Origin: Candidatus Poribacteria bacterium
GTDB lineage: Bacteria > Poribacteria > WGA-4E > WGA-3G
DNA length: 64,000 bases
Reading direction: 5' to 3' (one strand)
Assembly: GCA_963664215.1 (NCBI GenBank)
Contig: OY761015.1
This document shows positions 28,017-35,725 of this stretch, piece by piece (the stretch's first letter is position 1; each line of letters begins with the position of its first letter). The translations under genes were made by a program, and so were the position numbers. The notes under the pieces were generated by a model. It was not told where the DNA came from. It saw only the letters and a list, made by a program, of their open reading frames with translations, and ran no database searches.

Positions 28017-29195
28017 CTATGTTGGCCCAAAGCAATACAGGATCCCATCCTCGGTCCCGATGTAAATCCTACCGTCGGAGACGCTCGGTGAAGCGACAAT
28101 AGATGAACCCGTTGCGAATTCCCACACCGATTCTCCAGTCGTAATATCTAAAGCGATAAACACCCCACGAGTTGTCCCTACAAAGGCGCGTCTGCCAACA
28201 ATAACAGCGGAAGACTCAATACGGGATTTAGCCGTATACGTCCATAGCGATTCACCGGTCGCCTGTGAAAGCGCATGCACCATCTTATCGCGTCCGCCGA
28301 TAATAACACTGTCTTCCGTGAGGGCGGCTGAAGCAAAGAATGGGAATCTGCGTTTCGGATGCCGATACCGCCATGCAATCTCCCCAGTATCTAACGCAAT
28401 CCCCAATATTTCAGTGCCGTAGGTGCCGCAGTAGACACGATTTTGTGAGATCGCAGGACTGGCACCGACATATGCCCCGAGATTTATCTGTTGTGTCTGT
28501 GTACCGTCGTCAATATTGATAACGCGGAGATAACTATCGCATCCCGTGACAATTGCGAAGTTTTCTGCCTTACCAGCATCGCTTGCGACCTGCATCCAGA
28601 CCCCAGGCGTGCCGTGGACGTAACCTTCAGTCTCTAATTTCCAGACCAGTTCTCCGTTCTCCCGGTTCAGACAGTAGAGGAATCCGTCATACGAGCCAAA
28701 CAGCACGCGATCGCCAACGACATTTGCCGATGAGATGATTTCGCCTTCCGTCGTGAACTGCCATCTCGCTTCTTGGGTGTTGATGTCCACTGCATGGAAA
28801 ATCCCGTCTCCATCGCCGAAGTAGACGACGCCGTTGTGAACAGATGGCGAGGCTTTGATCTGTCCCTCTACCTGATACGTCCACCGCTTTTCGCCGGTTT
28901 GTGCGTCGATTGCATAGAGGATTCCGTTTAACGCGCCGACATAGAGAGTCCCGTCAACGACAGCGGCGGTGGATTCAATCATATCACCGGCCTGAAAAGT
29001 CCAAAGCAATTGCGGATTTTCGGGGAGTTCGGAATCTGAGGTGCCCGTGAGTTGTGGGTTACCACGGAAGCTTGCCCAGTCGCCGAAAGTTGCGGTTGAG
29101 GCAAGAAGTAGTAGGACACAGATAAAAAAGGCTTTTGTTCCTCTGTGATGGTGGATATACTGCTGGTGAGGTTTGCAACCTCGCCTCTGAAGCAT
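28017..29195 (-). CDS. PQQ-repeat beta-propeller protein (BamB/YfgL-like), N-terminally anchored
   Basis: N-terminal hydrophobic segment, then repeated A-x-D-x-x-T-G-x-x-x-W motifs (LYAIDAQTGEKRWTY, FHAVDINTQEARWQF, LYCLNRENGELVWK ...). The start is uncertain (29231 or 29195). Confidence 0.7.
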   Translation of the reverse strand: MLQRRGCKPHQQYIHHHRGTKAFFICVLLLLASTATFGDWASFRGNPQLTGTSDSELPENPQLLWTFQAGDMIESTAAVVDGTLYVGALNGILYAIDAQTGEKRWTYQVEGQIKASPSVHNGVVYFGDGDGIFHAVDINTQEARWQFTTEGEIISSANVVGDRVLFGSYDGFLYCLNRENGELVWKLETEGYVHGTPGVWMQVASDAGKAENFAIVTGCDSYLRVINIDDGTQTQQINLGAYVGASPAISQNRVYCGTYGTEILGIALDTGEIAWRYRHPKRRFPFFASAALTEDSVIIGGRDKMVHALSQATGESLWTYTAKSRIESSAVIVGRRAFVGTTRGVFIALDITTGESVWEFATGSSIVASPSVSDGRIYIGTEDGILYCFGPT

Positions 29196-29214
29196 GTCGT
29201 TGAATGCTGGTGTA

Positions 29215-30336
29215 TCAGTATACTTGTTCATAAAGGTTCATAAAATCTCTAATGTTGACAGGACGCGGATTGAACTGTGCTGTCCACTGTGTCGCCGCTT
29301 CCTTTGCCAATGTCGATATATCTCCTGTTCCTATTGTGTATTGGACGGGATAATCCCGAAGTCTGTTCGGCAGATTGCCAATTTGCTTGAGTTCAGTAAT
29401 TCTGTCTGCTAAGTCTCCGCCCGGGTACAACTCACGATAGGCTTCTGCTGCGACAGTGCTATTGAATCGGATGACGTGCGGTAACATCAACGCGACAGCA
29501 ACACCGTGGATGATCTTGTATCTTGCCGTCAACGGATTCGCACAGGCGTGTGCGGCACCCAGCATTGAGTTTTCAATTGCGAGTCCGGCAAGGTAAGCAC
29601 CGAACAACATTTTGCTTCGGGCTGTGGCATCGTTGGGTTCAAGGCATGCCTCAAAGTAAGCGTTCAGCAACTCCCATGCGTGACGTGCGAACATCTGCGA
29701 CATCGGGTTGTGTCTCGTTGAGACGTAACTTTCAACGGCGTGTGCAATCGCGTCTATACCCGTGATTGCAGCGATCGGTCTCGGCAAGGTTTTGGTGAGC
29801 GTCGCATCTAAAAGGACGGTGCCAAATCGTGCCTTTTTATCGCCACACGCCATTTTGATGTGTGTATCTGCCTGTGCGATGAGCGCGAAGGACTGCGCTT
29901 CGCTGCCGGTGCCGATGGTCGTTGGGATACCGATAGAGGGGAGCATCGGTTGTGTTGCCTTGTCTATGCCCCAGTAGTCCTCCATCTTTCCGCCGTTCGT
30001 GAGCAGGAAGTTTACGCCTTTCGCACAGTCCATTGCGCTACCGCCGCCGAGTCCGATAATAAAGTCTATCGGTGCATTGGTCTTCGCGACCGCAAGTGCC
30101 GCGTCAACGTCTTCCGTCGTCGGATTGGGAGTGGTATCCGCAAAAACGTAAGCGGTGATCCTTTCGCTTTGCAGTGCTGAGACGGCTTTTGCGAGGATGC
30201 CCACCTTTTCGATACCGGCATCTGTCACGAGAAGGACGCGGCTCCCCCCGCGTTCGCGGGTCAACTCACCGAGTCTCTCAATCGTGTTATTGCCGAAGAT
30301 GACTTGTTGATTCAGTTCGCAGTCAAAAGTTTCCAT
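29215..30336 (-). CDS. iron-containing (group III) alcohol dehydrogenase
   Basis: 373 aa Fe-ADH fold with GGGSAMD NAD-binding motif and conserved His-rich metal site (HAVESY, HACANPL). Confidence 0.85.
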   Translation of the reverse strand: METFDCELNQQVIFGNNTIERLGELTRERGGSRVLLVTDAGIEKVGILAKAVSALQSERITAYVFADTTPNPTTEDVDAALAVAKTNAPIDFIIGLGGGSAMDCAKGVNFLLTNGGKMEDYWGIDKATQPMLPSIGIPTTIGTGSEAQSFALIAQADTHIKMACGDKKARFGTVLLDATLTKTLPRPIAAITGIDAIAHAVESYVSTRHNPMSQMFARHAWELLNAYFEACLEPNDATARSKMLFGAYLAGLAIENSMLGAAHACANPLTARYKIIHGVAVALMLPHVIRFNSTVAAEAYRELYPGGDLADRITELKQIGNLPNRLRDYPVQYTIGTGDISTLAKEAATQWTAQFNPRPVNIRDFMNLYEQVY

Positions 30337-30361
30337 GACCGAAATCTGGTATAATATGGCA

Positions 30362-30521
30362 CACTTGTAGATTCTGTTTTTTCGCTGGCGAAGTTTCCTA
30401 ACCTCGCCTTTTTCTAAGGCTTTCCAGCAGAGAATCGTATTGTATAAATTCTTTATCGTAAAGCCCGAAAATATCTGAACATCCCCCGGTAGGTGCGGTT
30501 TCCTAGCCGCACCATAGGTGT
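30362..30521. repeat. two family-3 core fragments
   Basis: 30377..30395 GCGAAGTTTCCTAACCTCGCC and 30486..30520 CCCCCGGTAGGTGCGGTTTCCTAGCCGCACC. Confidence 0.5.
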
Positions 30522-30860
30522 CAATTTTAGAAAAAAGAGTCGTATTTCTTTTGCTGAAAAAGCATTATCAGGCAGTGGAATCCCTTGTATCCGCCAGAAA
30601 ACGTGAGGCGCACATTTGGTTTTCAGCCCCAGCGGGGCGACATGTGTGTAGCATACCGGATTCCCCAAAGATCCAAGCCCCAGCGGGACCGCATTTGTCC
30701 AGACGTTGCTACCAAATGGCATGAAGAATTCGCTAAATTGACGGCTATGGTGCGGTTTCCTAACCGTACCGATCATCGTGTAAAGGTAATTATGGACTTT
30801 CCTATAACAGGATACCAGATTCTTCGGGACAAAATCAAGAAGAAGGCGCATTTAGTGCTT

Positions 30861-30960
30861 CTGTAGGAGGGAACTCCGATTCCCGACTTCTTGCTGTAGG
30901 AGCGACCTCCCAGTCGCGATTTTTCGACTTGAATTGTAGGAGGGAACTCCGATTCCCGAC
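30861..30960. repeat. three tandem family-2 REP-like units (TGTAGGAG + hairpin + GACT)
   Basis: 30861..30887 TGTAGGAGGGAACTCCGATTCCCGACT. 30894..30928 variant TGTAGGAGCGACCTCCCAGTCGCGATTTTTCGACT, whose stem changes compensatorily. 30934..30960 TGTAGGAGGGAACTCCGATTCCCGACT. Confidence 0.8.
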
Positions 30961-31036
30961 TCTCAAGGCTTTGTCGTGATTCGGAGACTGCTTCACAGAA
31001 TAGATATAAACTTATTTTTCTACTTTACCATATAGC

Positions 31037-31177
31037 ACTTACGCATTTCCTCTTAAAGGCCCCTGCCCCTGATAAGGGGGGATATGGGGGGTTGAGGGAT
31101 TGAGGCGGTTAAATTACTGAAATAACGCCTTTTTTGATGGAATATATCCCCTTTTTACACAATTTGCGTAAGTCCTG
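31037..31177. repeat. family-1 MITE-like element (copy 2) with intact 9-bp TIRs ACTTACGCA/TGCGTAAGT
   Basis: Aligns along its whole length with the copies at 21812..21994 and 37603..37719. Confidence 0.75.
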
Positions 31178-31591
31178 CCATAAATGGACCTGGGTTTCTC
31201 ATCGGCGAGATTTAAGGGATTGAGAAGGGGTTCGGTGGTATTGGTGTTAATTGTCTGAATCGCGGATTGACGTGAATTACATGGATGACATGGTTTTCTT
31301 GAGCGTTAGATGTTTGTTCTGTTATTTCATTGGCAGGACCTTTGTTAGCAGCACAGATGTTCGCGAACCACGTAGATCCAACAGTCCGTGCGATCTGTGT
31401 AATCCACGCTTCAGACAACTCATCCCACTAACACAAATGACGCGGATTCAATAATCCGTGAAATCTGCGTCATCCGCGTCATCCGCGATTCTAACAATTT
31501 ATTCCACCGCTGCTTCCACAATAGCAATTTCATCTGCAGTTAAGTCATATAACTCGTATACCAGTTCATCAATCTCATTATGAGCCAGCCG

Positions 31592-32854
31592 CTATACCTG
31601 CTGTGGAGTCAGCATTGCGGCAATGTCTTCTGGTGGATTCATATCCGGGATCTGTTTAAATTTGGCGATGTTTTTCTTTCTATGTTGCAATGCGCTAATG
31701 CTGTCTTTTCCTATGACTTTAGCAACAGTTAGGTCTAACCTCGCTTTTTCCCATTGTTGCCTCTGTGACCATACCACACCACGGTTGTAATATGCCTCGG
31801 CATAATCGGGTTTAAGTTTGATTGCTTTATTCAAGTCTTTAATAGCATACTCCATTTCATCTTTGACGAGGTAAGTGAGACCGCGATTATTGTATGCTTC
31901 AGCAAAGTCTGGTTTGAATTGTATTGCCTTGTTATAGTTTTCAATAGCGAAGTCAACTTCACCTTTGGCATAATAAGCGTAACCGCGACCGCCGTATGCT
32001 TGGGCAAAGTCTGGTTTAAGCTCTATCGCTTTGCTAAAGTCTTTGATGGCGAGATTAGATTCGTCTTGTTTGTTGTAAACCACACCCCGATTGTTATACG
32101 CCTCGGTATAGTCAGGTTGCAGTTTTATCGCTTTGGTATGGTCTTCAATAGCACGCTCAAATTCACCTCTATGCTCATAAGCTACACCTCGGTTGCAATA
32201 GGCTTCTGCCAATTCAGGATTCAGTTGTATCGCTTTATTATAGTCTTTGATAGCGAGACTCGTTATGCCTTTCCTGACATAAGCATTGCCGCGATTGCTA
32301 TAGGCTTCGGCAAAAGTTGGACGGAATTCTATCGCTTTACTGATGTCTTCAATAGCCTGCTCAACATCGCCTTGAGCACAGTAAGCGTTGCCACGATTAT
32401 TATAGGCCTTGGTGAAATCGGGTCTCAATTCTATTGCTATATTATAGTTTTTGATGGCGAGGTTAACTTCATTCATCTGGTGGTACGTTAAACCACGTCC
32501 ATTGTAGGCATCGGCGAGGTTTGGTTTAATTTGTATCGCTTTGTTAAAGTCTTGAATCGCACGCTTAAATTCACCCTTTTTGCTATAGGCGATTCCGCGA
32601 TCACAATACGCGTCAGCATTATCAGGTCTGAGGGCAATCAGTTTATTATAATCTTTAATGGCAGATTTGAAATCACCTGTGATGCGGTAAACGTAGCCAC
32701 GTATACTATAGACGGGCGCGTAATCTGGCTTCAGTTCAATCGCCTTGTTGTAGTCTTCAATGGCCCCGTCGTACTTTCTCGCGAACAACCTCTGGTCCCC
32801 GCGTCGTGAATATTTGGAAAAAAGTTTGTCTCTGTCGGTTAATTTATTGTTCAT
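31592..32854 (-). CDS. TPR-repeat protein (about 11 tandem 34-aa repeats)
   Basis: Highly regular repeats (AEAYxNRGxAYxxxGxxxxAIxDYNKAIxLKPDx). Visibly lower GC than surrounding genes. Confidence 0.8.
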   Translation of the reverse strand: MNNKLTDRDKLFSKYSRRGDQRLFARKYDGAIEDYNKAIELKPDYAPVYSIRGYVYRITGDFKSAIKDYNKLIALRPDNADAYCDRGIAYSKKGEFKRAIQDFNKAIQIKPNLADAYNGRGLTYHQMNEVNLAIKNYNIAIELRPDFTKAYNNRGNAYCAQGDVEQAIEDISKAIEFRPTFAEAYSNRGNAYVRKGITSLAIKDYNKAIQLNPELAEAYCNRGVAYEHRGEFERAIEDHTKAIKLQPDYTEAYNNRGVVYNKQDESNLAIKDFSKAIELKPDFAQAYGGRGYAYYAKGEVDFAIENYNKAIQFKPDFAEAYNNRGLTYLVKDEMEYAIKDLNKAIKLKPDYAEAYYNRGVVWSQRQQWEKARLDLTVAKVIGKDSISALQHRKKNIAKFKQIPDMNPPEDIAAMLTPQQV

Positions 32855-32865
32855 AGTCGTGTCCC

Positions 32866-33639
32866 TCAGTAGCCGAGTGGATCAACTGTTAGGTTATAAG
32901 GCTGTGCAGTACTATTTCTTTCAAAGAAACCGAGCAAGTCAGGAAACAAGGTTCTTTCTGAGATTCCCATCTTTTCTAACGCCGTTCTGATAGTCTCCTT
33001 GTTACCACTACGGAGTATAAATTCTTGTGTGATCATCTCTGCATCTATTTCCGGTAAGCCAAGTAGGAATACCGATTGCTGTATAATCATCCGTTGGGTT
33101 TCCACTATTCGACTGTCCAAAGAGGGAGACCATAGATGCCAATTCTCTTCATCAATCGGAAAGAATACTTCTAAACCTTGCTGAAGTTGTTCAATAGTTG
33201 TTATCTCTTTAATTTTCTCACTATCGTTTTCTAATACAATAATCTTGCCATTTATGTTCTCATTAGTGCATGCAAACCAGAGAGCGACCAAGGGGCTAAA
33301 GGTAAAATCAATTAAGCCTGTAGCAACGCGATTATGTTGTAAATGTGCCATGCACTCTAAAGCGGACAGATTTCTGTAGGTGGATGGATATCTTAGTTTA
33401 ATCTCATCAACGATTTCAAGGAGATAGTTTAGGTACAAATGGCGCAACGAATAAGGAGGTAGATCCGCTTCCGGTCCTAAATTTTCGGAACTACTTACTA
33501 AGCGGCGATAAGCACTGCTGGTCACGCGCCACGCTTCGTTTTCTCGACCGCGATAAAGATAACTTTTTTCGGGATGGGTTATGTTATCTATTTGGTTGAT
33601 GTAGTCTGCTAAATTGGAGATCTCAATGGGTGTATTCAT
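32866..33639 (-). CDS. FRG-domain protein
   Basis: SYLYRGRENEAW...HLQHNRVATGLIDFTFSPLVALWFA matches the FRG domain core (F/Y-R-G ... QHyGlpTrlLDwT.splvAlyFA). Lower GC. 11 nt upstream of the TPR gene on the same strand. Confidence 0.55.
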   Translation of the reverse strand: MNTPIEISNLADYINQIDNITHPEKSYLYRGRENEAWRVTSSAYRRLVSSSENLGPEADLPPYSLRHLYLNYLLEIVDEIKLRYPSTYRNLSALECMAHLQHNRVATGLIDFTFSPLVALWFACTNENINGKIIVLENDSEKIKEITTIEQLQQGLEVFFPIDEENWHLWSPSLDSRIVETQRMIIQQSVFLLGLPEIDAEMITQEFILRSGNKETIRTALEKMGISERTLFPDLLGFFERNSTAQPYNLTVDPLGY

Positions 33640-33767
33640 GTATTGCCATTTCTATTCTGTATTTCTCTGACTAATCTCAATTATATAACTCAGGGGTGAG
33701 TTTGTCAATCTTAATTTGAAACGGACTGAATCGTAAATTTTCACAGGTGGTACGGATAACGGACCTT

Positions 33768-33866
33768 AAAATCCGCATAATCCATGTAATCCGCGATTCA
33801 GACAATGTATTGCGGGATTGATAAAAATGGATTTCAATAGGTGGGATTTCTTGAGCGTTAAATAGA
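33768..33866. repeat. family-5 repeat (CATGTAATCCGCGATTCAGACAAT ... GATTTCTTGAGCGTTAAAT)
   Basis: Both halves recur at 31251..31313 (first half inverted) and 31396..31500. Core also at 45202..45282. Confidence 0.45.
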
Positions 33867-34631
33867 GAGGGTGCCCAGGTCATCGGTGTGCCAGCGAACC
33901 GTGCGGTCATCAATCTTCTCAGCACCCCGTGTCAGGTACCCGTCAATGGATTTACCTTCAAGTACCCGAACTTCAAACGTATAAGGTGGGTCGATTTTCA
34001 ATGGTGCAATCTCAGCGATATTTCGGCAAGCATCCGCCGCTGTCTCACGAATCAGTTCTCGCGACCGTTGCGGTGAGAGGTGCAGCGCGAGTTCCTGTCC
34101 GAGTCCCTGTTTGGTTTCAACACCATAAATGTTGGGGATAAGTTGCTTCGCCTCTGTAACCGCTTTATCGTCACCAGAGATGAAAACCGTTGGGACATTG
34201 AAAGTGCCTGCGAGTGCGGCACGGCAACCGAATTCCCCGATCATTTCCCCGTTGAGTTTGTAATATTCGATTGACAAAGAAGAATACGTATGACTCAACG
34301 GAGCATTTGGAGTGCCTGCCATGGCGTGTTGTCCCAAGAAAAAGAGTGCGTCGTAGGTCTCGTCAAGATAGTAGGGCGGACGAATCGGTCCGCGCGCAAT
34401 TAACTTCGCCTTCGGATGGAATTCAAGCACAGCAATCCCGCCAGTCCCGTGTCCGTCCCAGACCACAATTTCTGCGTCCGCATCCACATCAAGAATGCCA
34501 TCAACAGCCGCATTTAACTCCTGCGTCAATAATCCCATAGCGGTCTGTTTCTGAGGACCTTCTTCACGGGTTTGACTGAAGCGGGACACCATCGCGACAC
34601 CTTCTAAGTCGGTCAAGATGTAAATCTTCAT
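33858..34631 (-). CDS. D-aminopeptidase DppA-like (peptidase M55 family)
   Basis: MKIYILTDLEGVAMV N-terminus and overall about 260 aa match M55. Confidence 0.7.
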   Translation of the reverse strand: MKIYILTDLEGVAMVSRFSQTREEGPQKQTAMGLLTQELNAAVDGILDVDADAEIVVWDGHGTGGIAVLEFHPKAKLIARGPIRPPYYLDETYDALFFLGQHAMAGTPNAPLSHTYSSLSIEYYKLNGEMIGEFGCRAALAGTFNVPTVFISGDDKAVTEAKQLIPNIYGVETKQGLGQELALHLSPQRSRELIRETAADACRNIAEIAPLKIDPPYTFEVRVLEGKSIDGYLTRGAEKIDDRTVRWHTDDLGTLSI

Positions 34632-34649
34632 GGTTGGAGTCCTACCAAA

Positions 34650-35696
34650 CTAAGACACAGTCCACGTTTCGCCGTCATTGAGGAGTGCCTCAAGATCGCC
34701 ATCGCCCATGCGTTCTCTCGCAGTGCGGATCTGATTCGTCATCAGGTCTTCGTAACACGGATGTCGGATACTGCGGAAAATGCCGATGGGGTCCGGCAGG
34801 TCAAGCGTATCGCTCATCCGTGCGAGGAAATTCGCCAAAGTGGTGTCCTCGGCATACTGATCGTGGACAATGAGATCCTCAGTGGTGTATTCGCCGTTTG
34901 TGGTTTTCACGACTTCGGGTTGAAAACCGTTCAGCCGGATACCCTTATCGTGTTCCGCACCGAAGACGAGAGGCTCGCCATGTTCCAGAACCACCGTGTT
35001 GTCAGCCTTTGTATCTTTCTCTGTGTATTGGAAGAAGGCACCGTCGTTAAACACATTACAGTTTTGATAGATTTCGATAAACGAAGTGCCTTTGTGTTCA
35101 AACGCCGATTTGATGATCGCTCGGAGGTGATTTGGATCTCTATCCAGCGAGCGTGCAACAAATGTAGCACCCGAAGCCAATGCGAGGCTGATCGGATTAA
35201 AGGGGGTATCCACTGAACCGAGAGGCGTCGATTTCGTCTGTTTGCCTTGCTCCGATGTAGGGGAGTATTGCCCCTTCGTCAGCCCATAGATGCGGTTGTT
35301 AAAAAGCAGAACGTTGACATCGAAATTGCGGCGCATCAAGTGGATGAAATGGTTACCACCGATTGAGAGCGCGTCGCCATCCCCTGTGATGACCCATACA
35401 GAGAGGTCGGGGTTCGCCATTTTTACACCCGAGGCGATCGTTGGGGCTCTGCCGTGGATGGTGTGGAAGCCGTAGGTGTTCATATAGTATGGGAACCGGC
35501 TCGAACACCCGATGCCGGAGATAAAAACGATATTTTCTTTCGGGATACCGAGTTCCGGCATAATGCGTTGCGTCTGAGCGAGAATAGAGTAGTCGCCACA
35601 ACCGGGACACCAGCGCACGTCTTGGTCGGATTCAAAGTCCTTTTTGGAGAGGGTGGGTGCTCCGGCAGGTATACGTGAGGATCTTTTGCTTCTCAT
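34650..35696 (-). CDS. 2-oxoacid:ferredoxin oxidoreductase, beta subunit (TPP-binding)
   Basis: CPGCGDYSIL TPP-enzyme motif, GDGD TPP-binding loop. Immediately downstream of the alpha subunit gene. Confidence 0.85.
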   Translation of the reverse strand: MRSKRSSRIPAGAPTLSKKDFESDQDVRWCPGCGDYSILAQTQRIMPELGIPKENIVFISGIGCSSRFPYYMNTYGFHTIHGRAPTIASGVKMANPDLSVWVITGDGDALSIGGNHFIHLMRRNFDVNVLLFNNRIYGLTKGQYSPTSEQGKQTKSTPLGSVDTPFNPISLALASGATFVARSLDRDPNHLRAIIKSAFEHKGTSFIEIYQNCNVFNDGAFFQYTEKDTKADNTVVLEHGEPLVFGAEHDKGIRLNGFQPEVVKTTNGEYTTEDLIVHDQYAEDTTLANFLARMSDTLDLPDPIGIFRSIRHPCYEDLMTNQIRTARERMGDGDLEALLNDGETWTVS

Positions 35697-35725
35697 GATT
35701 TGTTTCCGCCTTTTGGCGTTAGGGG

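Noticed and set aside
31212-31454. Overlapping small ORFs 31212..31418 (-) and 31251..31454 (+)
   Set aside because: They lie entirely within family-5 repeat sequence in a non-coding repeat cluster and are mutually overlapping on opposite strands.
31919-32809. Plus-strand ORFs 31919..32491 and 32531..32809 opposite the TPR gene
   Set aside because: These are antisense shadow ORFs of a repetitive TPR gene. Their periodic composition derives from the repeat structure.
33677-33925. 82-aa minus-strand ORF between the FRG and M55 genes
   Set aside because: It overlaps the M55 peptidase start and a family-5 repeat. It has no RBS and no recognisable features, so it is likely spurious.
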